Origin: a virus | Taxonomy: Duplodnaviria > Caudoviricetes | Length of the DNA: 31,537 nucleotides | Strand: one strand, 5' to 3' | Virus record (IMG/VR): IMGVR_UViG_3300027419_000076 | Location: 1-31,537 of that record | Shown here: piece after piece, positions 10,066-19,706 of the stretch | Position numbering within the stretch: the first letter of the stretch is position 1 | Layout: every line of letters starts with the position of its first letter | The notes under the pieces: model-generated | Databases searched by the model: none | What the model saw: only the letters and a program-made list of their open reading frames with translations | What the model was told of the DNA's origin: nothing | Program-made: the position numbers and the translations under genes

Positions 10066-10278
10066 TCAAGATAATGTTATGTATTTCCAAAGTTTATTAA
10101 TTCTTATATATTCACGATAGTTAGTTCCGTCATAATTAGTAAATCTTTCCCCTTCTATTGCCGGTCTAGCTAGATATTTACTAAGCTGTGTTGATGTCAT
10201 TGTAAATGTTGGAATTATATAATAAACCTTAATCTTATTACTATCAATTCCGTTGTGATTGTGTTTTTCTATTGCCAT
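10066..10278 (-). CDS. small structural protein
   Basis: 70 aa, HNHNGIDS motif, in tail module. Confidence 0.55.
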   Translation of the reverse strand: MAIEKHNHNGIDSNKIKVYYIIPTFTMTSTQLSKYLARPAIEGERFTNYDGTNYREYIRINKLWKYITLS

Positions 10279-10279
10279 A

Positions 10280-12115
10280 TTAAGGTATTAATCTAATTAA
10301 TTTAACAAAAGGTGATGTTCCAAATTCAGATGAATTATAACCATTGATAACTATTTTAATTTGTAGGTCTATAATATCTGTAATTACCCCATTCTTTTTA
10401 ATATCTTTAATAGCACCATCTGTATCAAAAGTAATTGATTGTAATTCAGTCCAACTAGAATTATCATCTCTACGATAATATGTTTTAACGCTTTGACCGG
10501 TAGTTAATGCTCTAGTTAATGAGAATTGTATTTCTTTAAGTGTTTGTTTTGAATAGTTTTGACCATAAGTAATTAAACCAGTAACTACATAAGCAGAATC
10601 ATCATCTAAAACCTTTAAATCACTAACACTATAATAACCTTCTAAAGCCCAAGTATCAGGAGTTGCTTCTTTCTTTGTTGAAATTAATATATTGTTTTTT
10701 AAAGTTGTGCTTCTATCTAATACAATTATCTTATAAATTCTTCCAGGGGTAGAACCAGTTGTTAATGTTTCTCCATAAGAAGATATATTCTTTTTAATAA
10801 GAGTTTTATTTACTGTATTATATGACATTAAATAAACCTTTCCAGAAACTTCTATTGAGAAAAGTAATTCATTTTTTGAAATACAAGCATCAACAAAATC
10901 AATAAATACTAATGAAGAAAAGCTTGTGCTTTCTGTATATTTTTTATCAAATAAATGTTCAGGTATTGATATCTGTTCTGAATAAGTTCCTTCTGATACT
11001 ATATATATTTTTCCAGAGTAACCATTAAAAGCATAAGCAGAACCAGCCTTTACTAAAATAGCAGATGTATTTTGTTCTGGCATATTTACAACTGAATATG
11101 GTAGAATACTTTTTCTATCCCAGAAGTAAACATTATTTGATTGAGTTCCTAAAATAAGTGCTTCTCCTAATTCATTAATTGATTGAACAAATCCCCTTCC
11201 ATCACTATTTGAAAGTTCAATAGCATCTGGAACGATTGAGAAAGTATCAACATCTGATGGATTAAATGTTTCACCAACATTTTCTTCTAAAAGACCGACT
11301 CTTACAACACTTGCGTTTGTAGTGCTATTTCCGTTAGAGAAATAAATAGCATTATCAAATTGACTATAAAAAGGACAAGCTCCTTTGCGTGGATATACTC
11401 CAGTAGAGCTAATACTTGTTCCGCTTACAAAGTCATTGACCCAAGTTAGTGTATCTGTTGTTGCGTTTATAGCATCCAGAACATCTATTTTTGAATTACC
11501 AAATACTAAAATGTGATTAGCATAAAATACTATTCCATTTCCACTACCTGGAGATGTGTTTCCTTCTAGTAAATAAAATCTTTGGTAACCAGATTCTATT
11601 TGAGAAAACCATACTCTTTGTTCATCGTCTAATAAATATAAATTTGAATTACTATCAAAAGTATATCCATCAATTTCTTCCGGTGTAATTCTTGTAAAAG
11701 AGTGAGTTCCAGTTCCCTGGTCATCTAAACCGATATATGAGCTTCCAACATCTTTTAATAATTCACTAAATCTAAAAGTTAAACCATTTCCGTTAATATC
11801 CCAAAGATAATAAATATCAGTAGTATTAAGACCTGTTGGTAATGTTCCAGTAGTGCTTAATTTAACAGCAGCTTTGTGAAGTGTTGTATCGGCAACAGCT
11901 AAAGTGAAGAAGTCTTGACCAGCGGTAGCGATTGAAAAATTAACAGCAGCTTTAGTTTCAATTAGTTTATTAAATTTATATCCAACCCCTAGAACTCCAA
12001 GAGAATCTATATTCACCCCAAGCATATCTGAAAATCCAGAAAGAACAGAACCTTCTATTCCTTTTTCAAATCCTGATATTGATATTGAGTTATCTTTATT
12101 TATTTCTACTCCCAT
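10280..12115 (-). CDS. tail nozzle/tubular protein B-like
   Basis: 611 aa beta-rich; position before ejection proteins. Confidence 0.55.
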   Translation of the reverse strand: MGVEINKDNSISISGFEKGIEGSVLSGFSDMLGVNIDSLGVLGVGYKFNKLIETKAAVNFSIATAGQDFFTLAVADTTLHKAAVKLSTTGTLPTGLNTTDIYYLWDINGNGLTFRFSELLKDVGSSYIGLDDQGTGTHSFTRITPEEIDGYTFDSNSNLYLLDDEQRVWFSQIESGYQRFYLLEGNTSPGSGNGIVFYANHILVFGNSKIDVLDAINATTDTLTWVNDFVSGTSISSTGVYPRKGACPFYSQFDNAIYFSNGNSTTNASVVRVGLLEENVGETFNPSDVDTFSIVPDAIELSNSDGRGFVQSINELGEALILGTQSNNVYFWDRKSILPYSVVNMPEQNTSAILVKAGSAYAFNGYSGKIYIVSEGTYSEQISIPEHLFDKKYTESTSFSSLVFIDFVDACISKNELLFSIEVSGKVYLMSYNTVNKTLIKKNISSYGETLTTGSTPGRIYKIIVLDRSTTLKNNILISTKKEATPDTWALEGYYSVSDLKVLDDDSAYVVTGLITYGQNYSKQTLKEIQFSLTRALTTGQSVKTYYRRDDNSSWTELQSITFDTDGAIKDIKKNGVITDIIDLQIKIVINGYNSSEFGTSPFVKLIRLIP

Positions 12116-12171
12116 ATTATAATTTGTTTATCTAGATGAATAAGTAGTCATCTTTTAATTTTAAATCTCAC

Positions 12172-12194
12172 TATGAGCCTTATATGGCTTCATA
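12172..12194. other. intergenic hairpin, possible terminator or processing site
   Basis: TATGA-GCC...GGC-T-TCATA inverted repeat, no clear U-tract. Confidence 0.3.
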
Positions 12195-12201
12195 ATTGAC
12201 C

Positions 12202-13173
12202 CTAAAAGTTCTCTTTTGGCAACTTTTCCCATATTTCATTGGTAACTTGGATTCCGTCTTCTCTTACTCTGTCATCAAGTAAAATTAGTGCTGCTCTATC
12301 GGTTGTTTGAATCGTAAATAGTTTACCACGTAGCACCCTTCCGAAAGCTCCGGTGTTTTGATTACGAACCCATTTTTTGTCGTTGTCTGTTAAAAATTTA
12401 GTTGTATCCATAGGGATGTTATTATTTACTGTTATTGAATAAGCCATTAATGAATGTGTGTAGTCCGGATGATATCTTTTATATATTTGCCAGTATGTAT
12501 CTTGAATTTCATCATAAGTTGGTGTTGCGAATACTCCTTCTACTGCGTGATTTAATTCTCCTTCTGGAGTTAAGATATCTTCAGGTTTTTCGTAGTTAGC
12601 AAATTTAACTATTTCTTGAACCGGACTATATTTTAATTGTTCTAATGTATTGTCAACCCATTCATAATTGATTGTAAACCTTTTAATAAATTCTTTACCT
12701 AAGTCCTTCATTTCTTGGGTAATAAATCTACTATCTATATTGTCTTGAAAGTTATCAGCTAGTGGAAACATATCCTGTGGAATTAAACCTAAGTTATAAA
12801 TTCCATTAGCTACTTTGTATTGATATGCACCTTTATTTGTTGTTTCTCCGTTAATAGCAGAAAATCTTTCGCTGAAGTTTAGTTTACCGTTCTTGTAATA
12901 CCCATTGTCTTTTAGCCATTGGATATTTTCGTCTGATATTAAACCCCTTTTAATTAAGAAGTTTAACAAAGCGATAATACATTTTAAAGCAGAGTAAGTA
13001 ACACAGAATAATGTGTCGTATGGTTTATCACTCCCTAAATTTACAAATTGAATTTCGTGTTCACCTTGAAAAGGTTTCCAATCTAAATCAATAGCGTAAA
13101 CTTCTCTTTTGATTGCTGAATTTCCACCAGCAATCCAATCAAATTGTCCTTTTCCTAATAATACTCCGTTCAT
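12202..13173 (-). CDS. papain-like (C1-type) cysteine peptidase, putative lysin
   Basis: Q...FCVTYSA, FSERF, GLIP, NHAV, QDTY; downstream of holin-like genes; ATG at 13173. Confidence 0.65.
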   Translation of the reverse strand: MNGVLLGKGQFDWIAGGNSAIKREVYAIDLDWKPFQGEHEIQFVNLGSDKPYDTLFCVTYSALKCIIALLNFLIKRGLISDENIQWLKDNGYYKNGKLNFSERFSAINGETTNKGAYQYKVANGIYNLGLIPQDMFPLADNFQDNIDSRFITQEMKDLGKEFIKRFTINYEWVDNTLEQLKYSPVQEIVKFANYEKPEDILTPEGELNHAVEGVFATPTYDEIQDTYWQIYKRYHPDYTHSLMAYSITVNNNIPMDTTKFLTDNDKKWVRNQNTGAFGRVLRGKLFTIQTTDRAALILLDDRVREDGIQVTNEIWEKLPKENF

Positions 13174-13174
13174 A

Positions 13175-13366
13175 CTATTCTTTATTTTTATCATCTATAA
13201 ATTCGTGTTCTAATGATACATCAACTTTATAAACTTTCATATCATTTCTTTCCGCTTGTTTCCCTGGATTCATAGCGTGTCTTGGAACAAGCCATCCACA
13301 CACCCTACTGAATATTTGACACTCTACTCTTTTACATTCTAACTCTTTTTTTTCTTCTAGTGTCAT
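13175..13366 (-). CDS. stand-alone NrdD C-terminal glycyl-radical-like protein
   Basis: C.IFSRVCGWL.P...NPGKQAE..D matches the NrdD C-terminal RVxGY...N.GK..E motif. Confidence 0.75.
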   Translation of the reverse strand: MTLEEKKELECKRVECQIFSRVCGWLVPRHAMNPGKQAERNDMKVYKVDVSLEHEFIDDKNKE

Positions 13367-13389
13367 ATATTTTAAATTATTATTTATTT

Positions 13390-13719
13390 TTATTCTTCCA
13401 CGTGTTTTTCTAAAAGTGTATTTACTTTAACTAATGTCTTCATTAATTCAGTTTGTTCTTTTTCTGCTTCAGTAAGTTCAACTTTTATTAGTTTTATTTC
13501 TTCAACATTACTTTCAATATTTTTAGTCATAGCTTCAATATGTGCGTAGTGATTTTGCTTAATTAAAGCTATTTCAGTTTTAATATCATAATAAGGTGCT
13601 ACAACTCCGACCAAAAATAACACTATGCCAATAACATATTTGACTTCTGATGTCAGGATTTTTTTTACAATACTTTCGGTTTGAGCTTGATTAGCAATAG
13701 TGTTTTGGTCGTTAGTCAT
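13390..13719 (-). CDS. membrane-anchored coiled-coil protein (holin/lysis-associated)
   Basis: One TM (YVIGIVLFLVGVVAPY) then coiled coil. Confidence 0.55.
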   Translation of the reverse strand: MTNDQNTIANQAQTESIVKKILTSEVKYVIGIVLFLVGVVAPYYDIKTEIALIKQNHYAHIEAMTKNIESNVEEIKLIKVELTEAEKEQTELMKTLVKVNTLLEKHVEE

Positions 13720-13729
13720 ATACTTCTAT

Positions 13730-13936
13730 TTAGTATCCCATTATAAATTTTCTAATTGTATTAACTAGAATTGAATTAATAGCTACAATAACAGGAGTAT
13801 ATACACCAAAATCAATACCAGGAATTGTATCTTGTAAATAGGTTGCTAAAGCACCTAGTAAAGCTATACCAGCTCCAACTAGAATCTTTTTGTAATCAAT
13901 GTTATTTAATGACCATTGTTTAGATGTTTCATTCAT
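13730..13936 (-). CDS. putative holin
   Basis: 68 aa, two hydrophobic helices, basic C-terminus. Confidence 0.65.
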   Translation of the reverse strand: MNETSKQWSLNNIDYKKILVGAGIALLGALATYLQDTIPGIDFGVYTPVIVAINSILVNTIRKFIMGY

Positions 13937-13956
13937 ATGTTTGTTTATTAATTTTA

Positions 13957-14958
13957 TTAATCTTTAGAACCGTAAACAATCATTCTTGTTCCGGCGTCAA
14001 ATGTTTCACTTTCGGTGCAATCAATAGAAACTGCTGTTATTTGGTCTGTTGTATTATTCCAATAACCACTACAATTTTCAGATACTAAATCTTCTTGAAT
14101 ATAGTTTCCGGTAAACATTTTTACTTGGTCTATAATATTTGATATATCAAAATTAAACCAACGTTTAGCATCTACCTCTCTACCAAATAAAATTCCAGTT
14201 GAATTACTTGTAGTTGCTGTTGTTATTGAAGAAGAATTAACAACTTGTCTAAAATTATAATTAGCTCCAGCACTAGCATTAAATCTCATTCTAATCCAAG
14301 CAGTAGAATTTGTTCCTGGACTTATTACATAAACTTTTAACGCTTTTTTAGCTGTAATTGTTCCAGAAGCTATTGAATTAGCAGCAGAACCTAAAACAAC
14401 ATTAGCTAATTGAGTCCATTCTCCACCACCAGAAGGAGCAGCACTTGTCCAGTCTGTTCCATTTGAAACCATTACGTTTCCTGAAGTTCCAGGTGCTACG
14501 TCTGGAACATTATGTGAATCATTAATTGCTTTTGGAGTAACAAATTTAGCATCATCTGTTCCAGTATCAATTTCAGCTCCAGTAGCCTTTACGGGAACAC
14601 TTGCTATGGTAGCATAAAGACTATCAAAATATGTCTTTAAAAACGCCTTTACATTTGTCCAGGTTGTCTTTATTTGTCCGAATGAAGTAGCACTATCATT
14701 TCCGGTTACTTCATCGGCATCAACTAAAGATGTTTTTGTATTAACAGGTCTAAGTGGAGCTTTACCAGATTCTAATTGTGCTATTTTATAATCGTGTGAA
14801 GTTGTAACAGCGGAACTATCAGCACCGACTTTTGCCTCAAGAGCCTCAATCGCATCATTAGCATCTGAATGTTGTCCAGCGTGAGAAGGACTATTTAGAG
14901 GGTTGGTTGTTTCAGGATTAGACAGAGAGTCAATCGCTGAAGGGAAATTAATCGCCAT
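13957..14958 (-). CDS. tail fibre/spike protein
   Basis: NFP...D.L.NP, HSDANDAIEALEAKVG, GTDDAKFVTP, GTSGNVMVSNGTDW fibre motifs. Confidence 0.75.
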   Translation of the reverse strand: MAINFPSAIDSLSNPETTNPLNSPSHAGQHSDANDAIEALEAKVGADSSAVTTSHDYKIAQLESGKAPLRPVNTKTSLVDADEVTGNDSATSFGQIKTTWTNVKAFLKTYFDSLYATIASVPVKATGAEIDTGTDDAKFVTPKAINDSHNVPDVAPGTSGNVMVSNGTDWTSAAPSGGGEWTQLANVVLGSAANSIASGTITAKKALKVYVISPGTNSTAWIRMRFNASAGANYNFRQVVNSSSITTATTSNSTGILFGREVDAKRWFNFDISNIIDQVKMFTGNYIQEDLVSENCSGYWNNTTDQITAVSIDCTESETFDAGTRMIVYGSKD

Positions 14959-14969
14959 ATATTTTTATT

Positions 14970-15551
14970 TTATAAATGATTAGGTTTATCATCTTCAGTC
15001 CAGTCATCACTTGGTTTTGTATCTTGAGTGTAAATAGAAGCAGAAGGTTTTGTAATTGAGTTCCAGATTTGTTTTACACCATTTAAGAATCTATGTAATT
15101 TTTCAGAACCAGTAATAGAATCAATAAAACTTCTAAAGAATTGACCAGCCCTACTAAACGATTCTGTTCCTGTTATAGAATCGGTAAGAGTTTTTTCTGA
15201 TTTCTTATTTATATTTTCTGTTCCTGTTATAGAATCGGTAAATGTTCTAACAAAGTTCATTAAACGTGAATAGCTTTCAGAAGAAGTAATTGAATCTGTA
15301 AGAGTTTTAGAAGTTTCTTTGATTATAGCTTCTGTTCCGGTTATAGAATCCGATATAGTTCTAGCTAAACTCTTAATCACAACTTCAGTTCCTGTTATAG
15401 CATCAGTTAATGTCTTATAAAAACTTCTACCAAAAGACTCTGATACACCAATACTATCAGTAAATATTCTACTTATAATTGAGTTACCGTCATAAGAAGT
15501 GTCGGTAGCATCATATTGAGTTCCAGAGTCATTGTAGAGTTTAATAGCCAT
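14970..15551 (-). CDS. virion protein with TDSITGTE repeats
   Basis: About 7 imperfect 18-20 aa repeats. Confidence 0.6.
   Translation of the reverse strand: MAIKLYNDSGTQYDATDTSYDGNSIISRIFTDSIGVSESFGRSFYKTLTDAITGTEVVIKSLARTISDSITGTEAIIKETSKTLTDSITSSESYSRLMNFVRTFTDSITGTENINKKSEKTLTDSITGTESFSRAGQFFRSFIDSITGSEKLHRFLNGVKQIWNSITKPSASIYTQDTKPSDDWTEDDKPNHL
15162..15241. repeat. 26-bp exact direct repeat, 54 bp apart
   Basis: TTCTGTTCCTGTTATAGAATCGGTAA at 15162 and 15216. Confidence 0.85.
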
Positions 15552-15554
15552 ATA

Positions 15555-16022
15555 CTAAGCGAATGAAACTTTGTATGTAATAGTTAAGATATCTCCAGAT
15601 ACAACGTTAACAGCAGCGAAAACTTGTCTACCTAAGATAGTTCCAGTTGAAGCAGCGTTAAACATACCACATTCTGTGATAGCAGCACTAGCACCTGCTG
15701 TGAAAGCTTTTAATAGTTGAAGTGTGTCGTTAGTTACAGTTGTAGTAACACGTGATACAGTAGCAGCAGCTCTAGCTAATCCTGAAGCTGAAGATTCTGT
15801 TTGTAATGCTGTGTCACCAGCAGAAGCAGCGTTTGTTCCAGTTCCTAACGCAAGGTAAGTAAAAGGAACAGCAGAAGCATCTCCAGCAAGTAAAGCAATT
15901 TGAGCTAAACCAGCACTTGTAATTGTATTCTTAATTTCTCTTTTATCTTTTACATTACCATCTTTATCTGTTAATGTTAGGGAGATAAAACCCCTTAGTT
16001 TTACGTTGTCTTTTGCGTTCAT
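15555..16022 (-). CDS. tail fibre-associated structural protein
   Basis: N.IT.AG, YLALGTG, DTALQTE, ITE.G.FNA motifs. Confidence 0.7.
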   Translation of the reverse strand: MNAKDNVKLRGFISLTLTDKDGNVKDKREIKNTITSAGLAQIALLAGDASAVPFTYLALGTGTNAASAGDTALQTESSASGLARAAATVSRVTTTVTNDTLQLLKAFTAGASAAITECGMFNAASTGTILGRQVFAAVNVVSGDILTITYKVSFA

Positions 16023-16042
16023 ATATTTTTAATTAGTTTATA

Positions 16043-16762
16043 TTATTTAAAACTTACTTTAGCCCTTCCAATCACAGGCTTTTTATCTCTAAATCTCTTT
16101 GAATAGTGTTTTGTTAGTAACGCTTCTAATTTTTGTTCTCTTGCTATTAACCTTGCTAAGTTTGGATGTGTTGATTGTTTTCTATCAAACCATTGAATCG
16201 CTACTTTTACAGGAATAATATTGTGTAAGAAGCTATCAAATCCTGGTTTCTTTGTTGTATCTGATGTTGTGAAATCAACATTAGCTCTATCAAAGTAAAT
16301 CTTTAGTCCACCGGTTACAGAGAAGTTTGGTGCTGGAAATAATTCAACTGTTCCATTTAATACTCTGTAATAATGTGGATTTCCATCTTCTTCTAAAAAT
16401 TCATCAACAGCTAAATTAATTTGTTCTTTAGTAATAGCTTTTAACTTATTCCAATTACCACTATCATCTTTATATTCTAATCTTTGAATTGTTAATGCTG
16501 TTTCAGGAATAAGATATTTATCAGTTCCACTTACTAAATCTGTTACTGCTTGTGGAAGGTCGGTATAATTTGAATCATCATATTGCCAATTACCACATAG
16601 TAAGTATATTAACGCAAAAACTTCAGAACCTACTACATTGATGTCGGCTGTGAAGTCTTTCATTAAATCGGTATTACCTGAAATGTATCCAATACCTAAA
16701 TCAGTATTCTTTTCAATTTCTTGTATTATACCTTTTCTATTGCTTGTATCATTAAATACCAT
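16043..16762 (-). CDS. head-tail adaptor / tail tubular protein A-like
   Basis: LVSGTDKY.IP, GNP.YY, .ELFP.P pattern; ATG at 16762. Confidence 0.65.
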   Translation of the reverse strand: MVFNDTSNRKGIIQEIEKNTDLGIGYISGNTDLMKDFTADINVVGSEVFALIYLLCGNWQYDDSNYTDLPQAVTDLVSGTDKYLIPETALTIQRLEYKDDSGNWNKLKAITKEQINLAVDEFLEEDGNPHYYRVLNGTVELFPAPNFSVTGGLKIYFDRANVDFTTSDTTKKPGFDSFLHNIIPVKVAIQWFDRKQSTHPNLARLIAREQKLEALLTKHYSKRFRDKKPVIGRAKVSFK

Positions 16763-16763
16763 A

Positions 16764-17309
16764 TTATTTTCCAATTATGATAGCTCCACAAAAGAGCTTA
16801 TCACTAAATCTTTGTTTAAAAATGTCTTTATTTATCTCACGAATATTTGGGTTTACGAAACAACATTTAACACCCATTACTTCACAAGCTAGATAAAAAC
16901 TCTGAATCATTACACCAGCATCTAGATATGGCATAAAATCTTTTTCAGCCGGACTTCCATAATCTTCTAAATCAGCAAGTAGTAAAACTATCTTATCGGC
17001 TCTATGTATCCAACCAGCACCACCGACTAATATCCCACCTAATAATTCTTTATCATCTCTTGATTCTATAATCTTATAACCAACTGCTTTTCTATCACAA
17101 CTAGAAGGACTTTTTTCAACCATCTCTAGTATCTCTGTAAGGTCAACTGATTCACCGTTGAATACTCTTGAAGAATGACGATTATGAAATACTGTTTTAA
17201 CTGTATCTATTTCTTCTTTGGAGTAAGTTAGTTCTTCATCATATCTTCCGGAAAGAACTTCTTTCTTTCTTTTTTGATGAGCTAGATATCTTTCTTGTGC
17301 GTTTCCCAT
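16764..17309 (-). CDS. nitroreductase-family flavoprotein
   Basis: RHSSRVF, SPSSCDRK, DAG...Q...LA...G...C. Confidence 0.85.
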   Translation of the reverse strand: MGNAQERYLAHQKRKKEVLSGRYDEELTYSKEEIDTVKTVFHNRHSSRVFNGESVDLTEILEMVEKSPSSCDRKAVGYKIIESRDDKELLGGILVGGAGWIHRADKIVLLLADLEDYGSPAEKDFMPYLDAGVMIQSFYLACEVMGVKCCFVNPNIREINKDIFKQRFSDKLFCGAIIIGK

Positions 17310-18088
17310 ATGTTCAAATATTTATCAACTATCTTTCTAACATCGTGATGTTCTAGGATATATTCTCTATTTTTCTTTCCTTGTTCCTTATCGTATTTTT
17401 TAAGTTCTTCTTCTAGGTTAATATCGGTGAGTGAATATTCACCAGCTACGTTTCCTGTCAGTTTAGAGAAGTCATTTAAGTATCCATCTCCCCTAGAACC
17501 CCAATAAGGTCTACTATCCCACACAATCACGTTCCTAGCACAGCTCATAGTTTCCAAAACACCCCTTCCTAAGCTTATAACCACTTCAGCCGAGTTAATT
17601 AGCTCTGGCATATTCATCTCTGTCCTAGACGGTTTTATGACATTGTATGGAAGTTGTAAGTCTTCTTCGGTAACGTTCAAAACTGTCTTCAATTCTCCAA
17701 TGTCGCTTGTCGGTTTATAAAGTTTGGTGTCAATCGGATTCTTAATGATAGTTTCTATTCCATATTTTTTTGAAACGTTTTCATTTACTGCCACATAGTA
17801 ATCAGCTCCTTCTATTGGTATCTCCATTTCAGGCACAGTTCCGTGTGATGTAAATATCTTATACTTAGCATCTACTCCTAAGCAAGTATTATGATTAATA
17901 AGTGCTAAATCGTATCCACTAGGGGAGTAGTCCATTAAATCTCCAAGCATATCGCTTACTACTCCCTTTTCGTGAGTGAATACACCAACTTCATAACCCC
18001 TTCTTTGTAACTCTTTAGCCATTGTATAAGTCCAGGTTTCTGAACCACCTAATTGTGCTAGATGGTTGTTGGTTAACAGTATCTTCAT
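17282..18088 (-). CDS. glycosyltransferase (GT-B, GT4-like)
   Basis: GGSETW...AKEL...G.EV, I.NPID..., GRG.LE.M.C. Confidence 0.8.
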   Translation of the reverse strand: MKILLTNNHLAQLGGSETWTYTMAKELQRRGYEVGVFTHEKGVVSDMLGDLMDYSPSGYDLALINHNTCLGVDAKYKIFTSHGTVPEMEIPIEGADYYVAVNENVSKKYGIETIIKNPIDTKLYKPTSDIGELKTVLNVTEEDLQLPYNVIKPSRTEMNMPELINSAEVVISLGRGVLETMSCARNVIVWDSRPYWGSRGDGYLNDFSKLTGNVAGEYSLTDINLEEELKKYDKEQGKKNREYILEHHDVRKIVDKYLNIWETHKKDI

Positions 18089-18222
18089 TTATATTTCCTT
18101 AGTTTCTTTAACTTCTTTACTCTATCAACTAAATCTTGTCTTTCAATAGACTGTTTAATTCTTTCGCCAGGAGTCATCCTATCCATTTCTTCTTTAATTC
18201 TTTCTATTTCTTGTTGTGTCAT
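18085..18222 (-). CDS. small hypothetical protein (45 aa)
   Basis: Manual ORF MTQQEIERIKEEMDRMTPGERI...; ATGA overlap with the glycosyltransferase. Confidence 0.6.
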   Translation of the reverse strand: MTQQEIERIKEEMDRMTPGERIKQSIERQDLVDRVKKLKKLRKYK

Positions 18223-18625
18223 TTGGAGTTCCTTTCTTAGCTCTTAAACTTTCTTTGTAAGATTCTACTAGGTCAGTAATTTCTACCATTACTTTACCTT
18301 TTTCTAATGATACTGATGTAACTATTTCAAATTCTCCTAACTCAATACCTTTACTTTCTACGATTGGATTTATTTTATCCTTATATCTTTCTAACTTGAT
18401 AAGATAAGGTTTCATTTCTTCTTCAATCTTAATTACTTCTTCTTTAACTTTTTCATACTCAATCTTAAATTCTTCTTGTAATTCTTGAATCTTAGCTTGT
18501 AATTTATCACTTTTACTTGTTAAGTTTTTGAATTTATCAATCTTAGAGTTAATTTCATCCTGTAAACTCTCCTTATCATTTAAGATTTTAAGTAAATTTC
18601 TATCGTCTATTAATACTTTACGCAT
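18194..18625 (-). CDS. coiled-coil hypothetical protein
   Basis: ORF track, heptad-rich. Confidence 0.65.
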   Translation of the reverse strand: MRKVLIDDRNLLKILNDKESLQDEINSKIDKFKNLTSKSDKLQAKIQELQEEFKIEYEKVKEEVIKIEEEMKPYLIKLERYKDKINPIVESKGIELGEFEIVTSVSLEKGKVMVEITDLVESYKESLRAKKGTPNDTTRNRKN

Positions 18626-18631
18626 ATTTTA

Positions 18632-19705
18632 TTATTTATATAATGTTTTATAAGCTTTTTCCCATCTCTTGTAGTTATCTTCAATGTTATAGTGTTTTAG
18701 AACGTATTTTTTGGCTATTTTACCAGTTTTTTCTCTTAATTTTTTATCGTCTAAGAGTTTTTTAATCGTTGGAATCCAACTTTCACCGGTCTTAACTATA
18801 AATCCATTCTTTCCGTCTAAATCTTTGTCGTAAGGGCTATCTCCTTTACTAAATCCTTGAGCAATAACCGGAATCTCAAACATACTTGCTTCTAGGAACT
18901 TGATATTAGACTTACACTTGTTAAAATAACTTTCTTGACGTGGAATTAACATTAAATCTAGTCTTAGATTGTTTAATGTTTCGTAGTAGTTAGCCATTGA
19001 AACAAAAGGCTTTCTTTCGTCTGCGTATTTCTCCCAGAACGCTAATTCCTTTTGATAAATCTTTCTCATATTTACCAATCTAGCATCATCTTTATCCGGA
19101 AGACCAAATACTACTATTTCTACATCATCTCTTGCCTTTAAGTAATCTAGAGCATCTAGTATATGTAAATATTCATCGTTACTTGATACAGAGCCAACTA
19201 AACCTACTCTTATTTTATCTCCGGTATTCTTAATCGGTTCTTCATAGTTGAATGGGTCTATTTGATTGGGAAGAACTATTACATTTTTGTTTAACTTACG
19301 ATACTCCTTAGCTAGAAATTCTGTTGTAGTAGTAACTAGGTCGGCTTGTTTAATAAACTTTTCAATATTACTATTCATTTCAACCAACTTTTTACCTATC
19401 TTTGCGTTGACACGTTCCATATTTGTTGGAACACCTGAATTAGGTTTATACGTATCATCGTTATCAAATACTACTTTCTTTCCAGCTTCTTTTAATAATC
19501 TAACTACTTCAACTTTCTCTTTCTCCATTGGTCTTTGGAATACTATCACATCAGACATCATCGCTTCTACAAATATTTGTTCATTTGTTTTCTTTGGACT
19601 GAATAAACTTATTTCAGACCCATTCCAACAATTATGTATTTGTGGGAGTAAACATCTTACTTGGTAGCAACCATCATAGAGATTTCCTATGTAGTATACT
19701 TTCAT
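18632..19705 (-). CDS. glycosyltransferase (GT-B, GT4-like)
   Basis: FQR, D.DD, ADLVTTTTEFLA, LPN.ID, KSNIKFLEAS..EIPVIA; ATG at 19705. Confidence 0.85.
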   Translation of the reverse strand: MKVYYIGNLYDGCYQVRCLLPQIHNCWNGSEISLFSPKKTNEQIFVEAMMSDVIVFQRPMEKEKVEVVRLLKEAGKKVVFDNDDTYKPNSGVPTNMERVNAKIGKKLVEMNSNIEKFIKQADLVTTTTEFLAKEYRKLNKNVIVLPNQIDPFNYEEPIKNTGDKIRVGLVGSVSSNDEYLHILDALDYLKARDDVEIVVFGLPDKDDARLVNMRKIYQKELAFWEKYADERKPFVSMANYYETLNNLRLDLMLIPRQESYFNKCKSNIKFLEASMFEIPVIAQGFSKGDSPYDKDLDGKNGFIVKTGESWIPTIKKLLDDKKLREKTGKIAKKYVLKHYNIEDNYKRWEKAYKTLYK

Positions 19706-19706
19706 A

